From Eledone cirrhosa (Eukaryota): DNA of 64,000 nucleotides. Each line of letters starts with the position of its first letter. Positions within the stretch are counted from its first letter, which is position 1. The DNA is taken from the NCBI GenBank assembly GCA_964016885.1, contig OZ024741.1, positions 387,810,001 to 387,874,000 on the forward strand, in the 5' to 3' direction. Both the position numbers and the translations under genes were made by a program. The notes under the pieces are model-generated. The model saw only the letters and a list, made by a program, of their open reading frames with translations. It was not told the origin of the DNA and searched no databases. Positions 36,801-51,800 of the stretch are shown here, piece by piece.

Positions 36801-39800
36801 GGTATCAATATTAACACTGGAGGTGGTAGCAGTATTAACACTGGAGGTGTTAGCAATATTAACAATGGAGGTGGTAGCAGTATTAATACTGGAGGGGGTA
36901 GCAGTATTAACACTGGAGGTGGTAGCAGTATTAACACTGGAGGTGGTAGCAATATTAACACTGGAGGTGGTAGCAGTATTAACACTGGACGTGGTAGCAG
37001 TATTAACACTGGAGGGGTAGCAGTATTAACACTGGAGGTGGTAGCAGTATTAACACTGGAGGTGGTAGCAGTATTAACACTGGAGGTGTTAGCAGTATTA
37101 ACACTGGAGGGGGTAGCAATATTAACACTGGAGGTGGTAGCAGTATTAACACTGGAGGTGCTAGCAATATTAACACTGGAGGTGGTAGCAGTATTAACAC
37201 TGGAGGTGGTAGCAATATTAACACTGGAGGTGGTAGCAGTATTAACACTGGAGGTGTTAGCAGTATTAACACTGGAGGGGGTAGCAGTATTAACACTGGA
37301 GGGGGTAGCAATATTAACACTGGAGGTGTTAGCAATATTAACACTGGAGGTGGTAGCAGTATTAACACTGGAGGTGGTAGCAATATTAACACTGGAGGTG
37401 GTAGCAGTATTAACACTGGAGGTGTTAGCAGTATTAACACTGGAGGGGGTAGCAGTATTAACACTGGAGGTGGTAGCAGTATTAACACTGGAGGTGGTAG
37501 CAGTATTAACACTGGATGTGTTAGCAGTATTAACACTGGAGGTGGTATCAATATTAACACAGGAGGTGGTAGCATTATTAACACTGGAGCTGTTAGCAAT
37601 ATTAACACTGGAGGTGGTATCAATATTAACACTGGAGGTGGTAGCAATATTAACACTGGAGGTGGTAGCAGTATTAACACTGGAGGTGGTATCAATATTA
37701 ACACTGGAGGGGGTAGCAGTATTAACACTGGAGGTGGTAGCAGTATTAACACTGGAGGTGGTAGCAGTATTAACACTGGAGGTGTTAGCAATATTAACAC
37801 TGGAGGTGGTAGCAGTATTAACACTGGAGGGGGTAGCAGTATTAACACTGGAGGTGGTAGCAGTATTAACACTGGAGGTGGTAGCAGTATTAACACTGGA
37901 GGTGGTAGCAGTATTAACACTGGAGGAGTTAGCAGTATTAACACGGGAGGTGTTAGCAATATTAACACTGGAGGTGGTATGAATATTAACACTGGAGGTG
38001 GTAGCAATATTAACACTGGAGGTGGTAGCAGTATTAACACTGGAGGTGGTAGCAATATTAACACTGGAGGTGTTAGCAGTATTAACACTGGAGGTGGTAG
38101 CAGTATTAACACTGGAGGTGGTAGCAATATTAACACTGGAGGTGGTAGCAGTATTAACACTGGAGCTGTTAGCAATATTAACACTGGAGGTGGTAGCAGT
38201 ATTAACACTGGAGGGGGTAGCAGTATTAACACTGGAGGTGGTAGCAATATTAACACTGGAGGTGGTAGCAGTATTAACACTGGAGGTGGTAGCAATATTA
38301 ACACTGGAGGTGGTATCAGTATTAACACTGGAGATGGTAGCCGTATTAACCCTGGAGGTGGTAGCAATATTAACACTGGAGGTGGTAGCAATATTAACAC
38401 TGGAGGTGGTATCAATATTAACACTGGGGGTGGTAGCAGTATTAACACTGGAGGTGGTAGCAATATTAACACTGGAAGTGGTATCAATATTAACACTGGA
38501 GGTGGTAGCAGTATTAACACTGGAGGTGGTAGCAGTATTAACACTGGAGGTGGTATCAATATTAGCACTGGAGGTGGTAGCAATATTAACACTGGAGGTG
38601 GTAGCAATATTAACACTGGAGGTAGTAGCAGTATTAACACTGGAGGTGGTAGCAGTATTAACACTGGAGGTGGTAGCAGTATTAACACTGGAGGTGGTAG
38701 CAGTATAAACACTGGAGGTGGTATCAATATTAACACTGGAGGTGGTAGCAGTATTAACACTGGAGGTGGTAGCAGTATTAACACTGGAGGTGGTATAAAT
38801 ATTAACACTGGAGGTGGTAGCAATATTAACACTGGAGGTGGTAGCAGTATTAACACTGGAGGTGGTAGCAATATTAACACTGGAGGTGGTATCAGTATTA
38901 ACACTGGAGGTGGTAGCAGTATTAACACTGAAGGTGGTAGCAGTATTAACACTGGAGGTGGTAACAGTAATGACACTGGAGGTGGTATCAATATTAACAC
39001 AGGAGGTGGTAGCAATATTAACACTGGAGGTGGTAGCAGTATTAACATTGGAGGTGGTAGCAATATTAACACTGGAGCAGGTATCAATATTAACACTGGA
39101 GGTGGTAGCAGTATTAACACTGGAGGTGGTAGCAATATTAACACTGGAGGTGGTAGCAATATTAACACAGGAGGTGGTAGCAGTAATAACACTGGAGGTG
39201 GTATCAATATTAACACAGGAGGTGTTAGCAATATTAACACTGGAGCAGGTATCAATATTAACACTGGAGGTGGTAGCAGTATTAACACTGGAGGTGGTAG
39301 CAATATTAACACTGGAGGTGGTAGCAGTATTAACACTGGAGGTGGTAGCAGTATTAACACTGGAGGTGGTAGCAGTATTAACACTGGAGGTGGTAGCAGT
39401 ATTAACACTGGAGGTGTTAGCAATATTAACACTGGAGGTGGTAGCAGTATTAATACTGGAGGGGGTAGCAGTATTAACACTGGAGGTGGTAGCAGTATTA
39501 ACACTGGAGGTGGTAGCAATATTAACACTGGAGGTGGTAGCAGTATTAACACTGGAGGTGGTAGCAGTATTAACACTGGAGGGGTAGCAGTATTAACACT
39601 GGAGGTGGTAGCAGTATTAACACTGGAGGTGGTAGCAGTATTAACACTGGAGGTGGTAGCAATATTAACACTGGAAGTGTTAGCAGTATTAACACTGGAG
39701 GTGTTAGCAGTATTAACACTGGAGGGGGTAGCAGTATTAACACTGGAGGTGGTAGCAGTATTAACACTGGAGGTGGTAGCAGTATTAACACTGGAGGTGT

Positions 39801-42800
39801 TAGCAGTATTAACACTGGAGGTGGTAGCAATATTAACACTGGAGGTGGTAGCAGTATTAACACTGGAGGTGGTAGCAGTATTAACACTGGAGGTGGTAGC
39901 AGTATTAACACTGGAGGTGGTAGCAGTATAAACACTGGAGGTGGTATCAATATTAACACTGGAGGTGGTAGCAGTATTAACACTGGAGGTGGTATAAATA
40001 TTAACACTGGAGGTGGTAGCAATATTAACACTGGAGGTGGTAGCAGTATTAACACTGGAGGTGGTAGCAGTATTAACACAGGAGGTGTTAGCAATATTAA
40101 CAATGGAGGTGGTATCAATATTAACACTGGAGGTGGTAGCAATATTAACACTGGAGGTGGTATCAATATTATCACTGGAGCGGGTATCAATATTAACACT
40201 GGAGGTGGTAGCAGTATTAACACTGGAGGTGGTAGCAATATTAACACTGGAGGTGGTAGCAATATTAACACTGGAGGTGGTAGCAATATTAACACTGGAG
40301 GTGGTAGCAGTATTAACACTGGAGGTGGTAGCAGTATTAACACAGGAGGTGTTAGCAATATTAACAATGGAGGTGGTATCAATATTAACACTGGAGGTGG
40401 TAGCAATATTAACACTGGAGGTGGTAGCAGTATTAACACTGGAGGTGGTAGCAATATTAACACTGGAGGTGTTAGCAGTATTAACACTGTAGGTGGTAGC
40501 AGTATTAACACTGGAGGTGGTAGCAATATTAACACTGGAGGTGGTAGCAATATTAACACTGGAGGTGGTATCAATATTAACACTGGAGGTGGTAGCAGTA
40601 TTAACACTGGAGGTGGTAGCAATATTAACACTGGAAGTGGTATCAATATTAACACTGGAGGTGGTAGCAGTATTAACACTGGAGGTGGTAGCAGTATTAA
40701 CACTGGAGGTGGTATCAATATTAGCACTGGAGGTGGTATCAATATTAACACTGGAGGTGGTAGCAGTATTAACACTGGAGGTGGTAGCAGTATTAACACT
40801 GGTGATGGTATCAATATTAACAATCGAGGTGGTAGCAGTATTAACACTGGGGGTGGTATCAATATTAACACTGGAGGTGGTAGCAGTATTAACACTGGAG
40901 GTGGTAGCAGTATTAACACTGGAGGTGGTATAAATATTAACACTGGAGGTGGTATCAATATTAACACTGGAGCGGGTATCAATATTAACACTGGAGGTGG
41001 TAGCAGTATTAACACTGGAGGTGGTAGCAGTATTAACACTGGAGGTGGTAGCAATATTAACACTGGAGGTGCTAGCAGTATTAACACTGGAGGTGGTAGC
41101 AATATTAACACTGGAGGGGGTAGCAGTATTAACACTGGAGGTGGTAGCAGTATTAACACTGGAGGTGGTAGCAGTATTAACACTGGAGGTGTTAGCAATA
41201 TTAACACTGGAGGTGGTAGCAGTATTAACACTGGAGGGGGTAGCAGTATTAACACTGGAGGTGGTAGCAGTATTAACACTGGAGGTGGTAGCAGTATTAA
41301 CACTGGAGATGGTAGCAGTATTAACACTGGAGGAGTTAGCAGTATTAACACGGGAGGTGTTAGCAATATTAACACTGGAGGTGGTATGAATATTAACACT
41401 GGAGGTGGTAGCAATATTAACACTGGAGGTGGTAGCAGTATTAACACTGGAGGTGGTAGCAATATTAACACTGGAGGTGTTAGCAGTATTAACACTGGAG
41501 GTGGTAGCAGTATTAACACTGGAGGTGGTAGCAATATTAACACTGGAGGTGGTAGCAGTATTAACACTGGAGCTGTTAGCAATATTAACACTGGAGGTGG
41601 TAGCAGTATTAACACTGGAGGGGGTAGCAGTATTAACACTGGAGGTGGTAGCAATATTAACACTGGAGGTGGTAGCAGTATTAACACTGGAGGTGGTAGC
41701 AATATTAACACTGGAGGTGGTATCAGTATTAACACTGGAGATGGTAGCCGTATTAACCCTGGAGGTGGTAGCAATATTAACACTGGAGGTGGTAGCAATA
41801 TTAACACTGGAGGTGGTATCAATATTAACACTGGGGGTGGTAGCAGTATTAACACTGGAGGTGGTAGCAATATTAACACTGGAAGTGGTATCAATATTAA
41901 CACTGGAGGTGGTAGCAGTATTAACACTGGAGGTGGTAGCAGTATTAACACTGGAGGTGGTATCAATATTAGCACTGGAGGTGGTAGCAATATTAACACT
42001 GGAGGTGGTAGCAATATTAACACTGGAGGTGGTAGCAGTATTAACACTGGAGGTGGTAGCAGTATTAACACTGGAGGTGGTAGCAGTATTAACACTGGAG
42101 GTGGTAGCAGTATAAACACTGGAGGTGGTATCAATATTAACACTGGAGGTGGTAGCAGTATTAACACTGGAGGTGGTATAAATATTAACACTGGAGGTGG
42201 TAGCAATATTAACACTGGAGGTGGTAGCAGTATTAACACTGGAGGTGGTAGCAGTATTAACACTGGAGGTGGTATAAATATTAACACTGGAGGTGGTAGC
42301 AATATTAACACTGGAGGTGGTAGCAGTATTAACACTGGAGGTGGTAGCAATATTAACACTGGAGGTGGTATCAGTATTAACACTGGAGGTGGTAGCAGTA
42401 TTAACACTGAAGGTGGTAGCAGTATTAACACTGGAGGTGGTAACAGTAATGACACTGGAGGTGGTATCAATATTAACACAGGAGGTGGTAGCAATATTAA
42501 CACTGGAGGTGGTAGCAGTATTAACATTGGAGGTGGTAGCAATATTAACACTGGAGCAGGTATCAATATTAACACTGGAGGTGGTAGCAGTATTAACACT
42601 GGAGGTGGTAGCAATATTAACACTGGAGATGGTAGCAATATTAACACAGGAGGTGGTAGCAGTAATAACACTGGAGGTGGTATCAATATTAACACAGGAG
42701 GTGTTAGCAATATTAACACTGGAGCAGGTATCAATATTAACACTGGAGGTGGTAGCAGTATTAACACTGGAGGTGGTAGCAATATTAACACTGGAGGTGG

Positions 42801-45800
42801 TAGCAGTATTAACACTGGAGGTGGTAGCAGTATTAACACTGGAGGTGGTAGCAGTATTAACACTGGAGGTGGTAGCAGTATTAACACTGGAGGTGTTAGC
42901 AATATTAACACTGGAGGTGGTAGCAGTATTAATACTGGAGGGGGTAGCAGTATTAACACTGGAGGTGGTAGCAGTATTAACACTGGAGGTGGTAGCAATA
43001 TTAACACTGGAGGTGGTAGCAGTATTAACACTGGAGGTGGTAGCAGTATTAACACTGGAGGGGTAGCAGTATTAACACTGGAGGTGGTAGCAGTATTAAC
43101 ACTGGAGGTGGTAGCAGTATTAACACTGGAGGTGGTAGCAATATTAACACTGGAAGTGTTAGCAGTATTAACACTGGAGGTGTTAGCAGTATTAACACTG
43201 GATGGGGTAGCAGTATTAACACTGGAGGTGGTAGCAGAATTAACACTGGAGGTGGTAGCAGTATTAACACTGGAGGTGTTAGCAGTATTAACACTGGAGG
43301 TGGTATAAATATTAACACTGGAGGTGGTATCAATATTATCACTGGAGCGGGTATCAATATTAACACTGGAGGTGGTAGCAGTATTAACACTGGAGGTGGT
43401 AGCAATATTAACACTGGAGGTGGTAGCAATATTAACACTGGAGGTGGTAGCAATATTAACACTGGAGGTGGTAGCAGTATTAACACTGGAGGTGGTAGCA
43501 GTATTAACACTGGAGGTGGTAGCAGTATTAACACTGGAGGTGGTAGCAGTATTAACACAGGAGGTGTTAGCAATATTAACAATGGAGGTGGTATCAATAT
43601 TAACACTGGAGGTGGTAGCAATATTAACACTGGAGGTGGTAGCAGTATTAACACTGGAGGTGGTAGCAATATTAACACTGGAGGTGTTAGCAGTATTAAC
43701 ACTGTAGGTGGTAGCAGTATTAACACTGGAGGTGGTAGCAATATTAACACTGGAGGTGGTAGCAATATTAACACTGGAGGTGGTATCAATATTAACACTG
43801 GAGGTGGTAGCAGTATTAACACTGGAGGTGGTAGCAATATTAACACTGGAAGTGGTATCAATATTAACACTGGAGGTGGTAGCAGTATTAACACTGGAGG
43901 TGGTAGCAGTATTAACACTGGAGGTGGTATCAATATTAGCATTGGAGGTGGTATCAATATTAACACTGGAGGTGGTAGCAGTATTAACACTGGAGGTGGT
44001 AGCAGTATTAACACTGGTGATGGTATCAATATTAACAATCGAGGTGGTAGCAGTATTAACACTGGGGGTGGTATCAATATTAACACTGGAGGTGGTAGCA
44101 GTATTAACACTGGAGGTGGTAGCAGTATTAACACTGGAGGTGGTATAAATATTAACACTGGAGGTGGTATCAATATTAACACTGGAGCGGGTATCAATAT
44201 TAACACTGGAGGTGGTAGCAGTATTAACACTGGAGGTGGTAGCAGTATTAACACTGGAGGTGGTAGCAATATTAACACTGGAGGTGCTAGCAGTATTAAC
44301 ACTGGAGGTGGTAGCAATATTAACACTGGAGGTGGTAGCAGTATTAACACTGGAGGTGGTAGCAATATTAACACTGGAGGTCGTATCAGTATTAACACTG
44401 GAGGTGGTAGCAGTATTAACACTGAAGGTGGTAGCAGTATTAACACTGGAGGTGGTAACAGTAATGACACTGGAGGTGGTAGCAGTATTAACACTGGAGG
44501 TGGTAGCAGTATTAACACTGGAGGTGGTATCAATATTAACACAGGAGGTGGTAGCAATATTAACACTGGAGGTGGTAGCAGTATTAACATTGGAGGTGGT
44601 AGCAATATTAACACTGGAGCAGGTATCAATATTAACACTGGAGGTGGTAGCAGTATTAACACTGGAGGTGGTAGCAATATTAACACTGGAGGTGGTAGCA
44701 ATATTAACACAGGAGGTGGTAGCAGTAATAACACTGGAGGTGGTATCAATATTAACACAGGAGGTGTTAGCAATATTAACACTGGAGCAGGTATCAATAT
44801 TAACACTGGAGGTGGTAGCAGTATTAACACTGGAGGTGGTAGCAATATTAACACTGGAGGTGGTTGCAGTATTAACACTGGAGGTGGTAGCAGTATTAAC
44901 ACTGGAGGTGGTAGCAGTATTAACACTGGAGGTGGTAGCAGTATTAACACTGGAGGTGTTAGCAATATTAACACTGGAGGTGGTAGCAGTATTAATACTG
45001 GAGGGGGTAGCAGTATTAACACTGGAGGTGGTAGCAGTATTAACACTGGAGGTGGTAGCAATATTAACACTGGAGGTGGTAGCAGTATTAACACTGGAGG
45101 TGGTAGCAGTATTAACACTGGAGGGGTAGCAGTATTAACACTGGAGGTGGTAGCAGTATTAACACTGGAGGTGGTAGCAGTATTAACACTGGAGGTGTTA
45201 GCAGTATTAACACTGGAGGGGGTAGCAATATTAACACTGGAGGTGGTAGCAGTATTAACACTGGAGGTGGTAGCAATATTAACACTGGAGGTGGTAGCAG
45301 TATTAACACTGGAGGTGGTAGCAATATTAACACTGGAGGTGGTAGCAGTATTAACACTGGAGGTGTTAGCAGTATTAACACTGGAGGGGGTAGCAGTATT
45401 AACACTGGAGGGGGTAGCAGTATTAACACTGGAGGTGTTAGCAATATTAACACTGGAGGTGGTAGCAGTATTAACACTGGAGGTGGTAGCAATATTAACA
45501 CTGGAGGTGGTAGCAGTATTAACACTGGAGGTGTTAGCAGTATTAACACTGGAGGAGGTAGCAGTATTAACACTGGAGGTGGTAGCAGTATTAACACTGG
45601 AGGTGGTAGCAGTATTAACACTGGAGGTGTTAGCAGTATTAACACTGGAGGTGGTATCAATATTAACACAGGAGGTGGTAGCAATATTAACACTGGAGCT
45701 GTTAGCAATATTAACACTGGAGGTGGTATCAATATTAACACTGGAGGTGGTAGCAATATTAACACTGGAGGTGGTAGCAGTATTAACACTGGAGGTGGTA

Positions 45801-48800
45801 TCAATATTAACACTGGAGGGGGTAGCAGTATTAACACTGGAGGTGGTAGCAGTATTAACACTGGAGGTGGTAGCAGTATTAACACTGGAGGTGTTAGCAA
45901 TATTAACACTGGAGGTGGTAGCAGTATTAACACTGGAGGGGGTAGCAGTATTAACACTGGAGGTGGTAGCAGTATTAACACTGGAGGTGGTAGCAGTATT
46001 AACACTGGAGGTGGTAGCAGTATTAACACTGGAGGTGTTAGCAGTATTAACACGGGAGGTGTTAGCAATATTAACACTGGAGGTGTTATGAATATTAACA
46101 CTGGAAGTGGTAGCAATATTAACACTGGAGGTGGTAGCAGTATTAACACTGGAGGTGGTAGCAATATTAACACTGGAGGTGTTAGCAGTATTAACACTGG
46201 AGGTGGTAGCAGTATTAACACTGGAGGTGGTAGCAATATTAACACTGGAGGTGGTAGCAGTATTAACACTGGAGCTGTTAGCAATATTAACACTGGAGGT
46301 GGTAGCAGTATTAACACTGGAGGGGGTAGCAGTATTAACACTGGAGGTGGTAGCAATATTAACACTGGAGGTGGTAGCATTATTAACACTGGAGCTGGTA
46401 GCAATATTAACACTGGAGGTGGTATCAGTATTAACACTGGAGATGGTAGCCGTATTAACCCTGGAGGTGGTAGCAATATTAACACTGGAGGTGGTAGCAA
46501 TATTAACACTGGAGGTGGTATCAATATTAACACTGGAGGTGGTAGCAGTATTAACACTGGAGGTGGAGGCAATATTAACACTGGAAGTGGTATCAATATT
46601 AACACTGGAGGTGGTAGCAGTATTAACACTGGAGGTGGTAGCAGTATTAACACTGGAGGTGGTATCAATATTAGCACTGGAGGTGGTAGCAATATTAACA
46701 CTGGAGGTGGTAGCAATATTAACACTGGAGGTGGTAGCAGTATTAACACTGGAGGTGGTAGCAGTATTAACACTGGAGGTGGTATCAATATTAACACTGG
46801 AGGTGGTAGCAGTATTAACACTGGAGGTGGTAGCAGTATTAACACTGGAGGTGGTATAAATATTAACACTGGAGGTGGTAGCAATATTAACACTGGAGGT
46901 GGTAGCAGTATTAACACTGGAGGTGGTAGCAATATTAACACTGGAGGTGGTATCAGTATTAACACTGGAGGTGGTAGCAGTATTAACACTGAAGGTGGTA
47001 GCAGTATTAACACTGGAGGTGGTAACAGTAATGACACTGGAGGTGGTATCAATATTAACACAGGAGGTGGTAGCAATATTAACACTGGAGGTGGTAGCAG
47101 TATTAACATTGGAGGTGGTAGCAATATTAACACTGGAGCAGGTATCAATATTAACACTGGAGGTGGTAGCAGTATTAACACTGGAGGTGGTAGCAATATT
47201 AACACTGGAGGTGGTAGCAATATTAACACAGGAGGTGGTAGCAGTAATAACACTGGAGGTGGTATCAATATTAACACAGGAGGTGTTAGCAATATTAACA
47301 CTGGAGCAGGTATCAATATTAACACTGGAGGTGGTAGCAGTATTAACACTGGAGGTGGTAGCAATATTAACACTGGAGGTGGTAGCAGTATTAACACTGG
47401 AGGTGGTAGCAGTATTAACACTGGAGGTGGTAGCAGTATTAACACTGGAGGTGGTAGCAGTATTAACACTGGAGGTGTTAGCAATATTAACACTGGAGGT
47501 GGTAGCAGTATTAATACTGGAGGGGGTAGCAGTATTAACACTGGAGGTGGTAGCAGTATTAACACTGGAGGTGGTAGCAATATTAACACTGGAGGTGGTA
47601 GCAGTATTAACACTGGAGGTGGTAGCAGTATTAACACTGGAGGGGTAGCAGTATTAACACTGGAGGTGTTAGCAGTATTAACACTGGAGGGGGTAGCAAT
47701 ATTAACACTGGAGGTGGTAGCAGTATTAACACTGGAGGTGGTAGCAATATTAACACTGGAGGTGGTAGCAGTATTAACACTGGAGGTGGTAGCAATATTA
47801 ACACTGGAGGTGGTAGCAGTATTAACACTGGAGGTGTTAGCAGTATTAACACTGGAGGGGGTAGCAGTATTAACACTGGAGGGGGTAGCAGTATTAACAC
47901 TGGAGGTGTTAGCAATATTAACACTGGAGGTGGTAGCAGTATTAACACTGGAGGTGGTAGCAATATGAACACTGGAAGTGTTAGCAGTATTAACACTGGA
48001 GGTGTTAGCAGTATTAACACTGGAGGGGGTAGCAGTATTAACACTGGAGGTGGTAGCAGTATTAACACTGGAGGTGGTAGCAGTATTAACACTGGAGGTG
48101 TTAGCAGTATTAACACTGGAGGTGGTATCAATATTAACACAGGAGGTGGTAGCAAGATTAACACTGGAGGTGTTAGCAATATTAACACTGGAGGTGGTAT
48201 CAATATTAACACTGGAGGTGGTAGCAATATTAACACTGGAGGTGGTAGCAGTATTAACACTGGAGGTGGTATCAATATTAACACTGGAGGGGGTAGCAGT
48301 ATTAACACTGGAGGTGGTAGCAGTATTAACACTGGAGGTGGTAGCAGTATTAACACTGGAGGTGTTAGCAATATTAACACTGGAGGTGGTAGCAGTATTA
48401 ACACTGGAAGGGGTAGCAGTATTAACACTGGAGGGGGTAGCAGTATTAACACTGGAGGTGGTAGCAATATTAACACTGGAGGTGGTAGCAGTATTAACAC
48501 TGGAGGTGTTAGCAATATTAACACTGGAGGTGGTAGCAGTATTAACACTGGAGGGGGTAGCAGTATTAACACTGGAGGTGGTAGCAATATTAACACTGGA
48601 GGTGGTAGCAGTATTAACACTGGAGGTGGTAGCAATATTAACACTGGAGGTGGTATCAGTATTAACACTGGAGATGGTAGCCGTATTAACACTGGAGGTG
48701 GTAGCAATATTAACACTGGAGGTGGTAGCAATATTAACACTGGAGGTGGTATCAATATTAACACTGGAGGTGGTAGCAGTATTAACACTGGAGGTGGTAG

Positions 48801-51800
48801 CAATATTAACACTGGAAGTGGTATCAATATTAACACTGGAGGTGGTAGCAGTATTAACACTGGAGGTGGTAGCAGTATTAACACTGGAGGTGGTATCAAT
48901 ATTAGCACTGGAGGTGGTAGCAATATTAACACTGGAGGTGGTAGCAATATTAACACTGGAGGTGGTAGCAGTATTAACACTGGAGGTGGTAGCAGTATTA
49001 ACACTGGTGATGGTATAAAAATTAACAATCGAGGTGGTAGCAGTATTAACACTGGAGGTGGTATCAATATTAACACTGGAGGTGGTAGCAGTATTAACAC
49101 TGGAGGTGGTAGCAATATTAACACTGGAGGTGGTATAAATATTAACACTGGAGGTGGTATCAATATTAACACTGGAGCGGGTATCAATATCAACACTGGA
49201 GGTGGTAGCAGTATTAACACTGGAGGTGGTAGCAATATTGACACTGGAGGTGGTAGCAGTATTAACACTGGAGGTGGTAGCAATATTAACACTGGAGGTG
49301 GTATCAGTATTAACACTGGAGGTGGTAGGATTATCAACACTGGAGGTGGTAGCAGTATTAACACTGGAGGTGGTAGCAGTAATAACACTGGAGGTGGTAT
49401 CAATATTAACACAGGAGGTTGTATCAATATTAACACTGGAGGTGGTAGCAATATTAACACTGGAGGTGGTAGCAATATTAACACTGGAGCAGGTATCAAT
49501 ATTAACACTGGAGGTGGTAGCAGTATTAACACTGGAGGTGGTAGCAATATTAACACTGGAGGTGGTAGCAGTATTAACACTGGAGGTGGTAGCAGTATTA
49601 ACACTGGAGGTGGTAGCAGTATTAACACTGGAGGTGGTAGCAGTATTAACACTGGAGGTGGTAGCAGTATTAACACAGGAGGTGTTAGCAATATTAACGA
49701 TGGAGGTGGTATCAATATTAACACTGGAGGTGGTAGCAATATTAACACTGGAGGTGGTAGCAGTATTAACACTGGAGGTGGTAGCAATATTAACACTGGA
49801 GGTGTTAGCAGTATTAACACTGGAGGTGGTAGCAGTATTAACACTGGAGGTGGTAGCAATATTAACACTGGAGGTGGTAGCAGTATTAACACTGGAGGTG
49901 GTAGCAATATTAACACTGGAGGTGGTATCAGTATTAACACTGGAGGTGGTAGCAGTATTAACACTGGAGGTGGTAGCAATATTAACACTGGAGGTGTTAG
50001 CAGTATTAAAACTGGAGGTGGTAGCAGTTTTAACACTGGAGGTGGTAGCAATATTAACACTGGAGGTGGTAGCAGTATTAACACTGGAGGTGGTAGCAAT
50101 ATTAACACTGGAGGTGGTATCAGTATTAACACTGGAGGTGGTATCAGTATTAACACTGGAGGTGGTAGCAATATTAACACTGGAGGTGGTAGCAGTATTA
50201 ACACTGGAGGTGGTAGCAATATTAACACTGGAGGTGGTATCAGTATTAACACTGGAGGTGGTAGCAGTATTAACACTGGAGGTGGTAGCAATATTAACAC
50301 TGGAGGTGGTAGCAATATTAACACTGGAGGTGGTATCAATATTAACACTGGAGGTGGTAGCAGTATTAACACTGGAGGTGGTAGCAATATTAACACTGGA
50401 AGTGGTATCAATATTAACACTGGAGGTGGTAGCAGTATTAACACTGGAGGTGGTAGCAGTATTAACACTGGAGGTGGTATCAATATTAGCACTGGAGGTG
50501 GTATCAATATTAACACTGGAGGTGGTAGCAGTATTAACACTGGAGGTGGTAGCAGTATTAACACTGGTGATGGTATCAATATTAACAATCGAGGTGGTAG
50601 CAGTATTAACACTGGAGGTGGTATCAATATTAACACTGGAGGTGGTAGCAGTATTAACACTGGAGGTGGTAGCAGTATTAACACTGGAGGTGGTATAAAT
50701 ATTAACACTGGAGGTGGTATCAATATTAACACTGGAGGTGGTAGGATTATTAACACTGGAGGTGGTAGCAGTATTAACACTGGAGGTGGTAGCAGTATTA
50801 ACACTGGAGGTGGTAGCAGTAATAACACTGGAGGTGGTATCAATATTAACACAGGAGGTTGTATCAATATTAACACTGGAGGTGGTAGCAATATTAACAC
50901 TGGAGGTGGTAGCAATATTAACACTGGAGCAGGGATCAATATTAACACTGGAGGTGGTAGCAGTATTAACACTGGAGGTGGTAGCAATATTAACACTGGA
51001 GGTGGTAGCAGTATTAACACTGGAGGTGGTAGCAGTATTAACACTGGAGGTGGTAGCAGTATTAACACTGGAGGTGGTAGCAGTATTAACACTGAAGGTG
51101 GTAGCAGTATTAACACTGGAGGTGGTAACAGTAATGACACTGGAGGTGGTAGCAGTATTAACACTGGAGGTGGTAGCAGTATTAACACTGGAGGTGGTAT
51201 CAATATTAACACAGGAGGTGGTAGCAATATTAACACTGGAGGTGGTAGCAGTATTAACATTGGAGGTGGTAGCAATATTAACACTGGAGCAGGTTTCAAT
51301 ATTAACACTGGAGGTGGTAGCAGTATTAACACTGGAGGTGGTAGCAATATTAACACTGGAGGTGGTAGCAATATTAACACAGGAGGTGGTAGCAGTAATA
51401 ACACTGGAGGTGGTATCAATATTAACACAGGAGGTGTTAGCAATATTAACACTGGAGCAGGTATCAATATTAACACTGGAGGTGGTAGCAGTATTAACAC
51501 TGGAGGTGGTAGCAATATTAACACTGGAGGTGGTTGCAGTATTAACACTGGAGGTGGTAGCAGTATTAACACTGGAGGTGGTAGCAGTATTAACACTGGA
51601 GGTGGTAGCAGTATTAACACTGGAGGTGTTAGCAATATTAACACTGGAGGTGGTAGCAGTATTAATACTGGAGGGGGTAGCAGTATTAACACTGGAGGTG
51701 GTAGCAGTATTAACACTGGAGGTGGTAGCAATATTAACACTGGAGGTGGTAGCAGTATTAACACTGGAGGTGGTAGCAGTATTAACACTGGAGGGGTAGC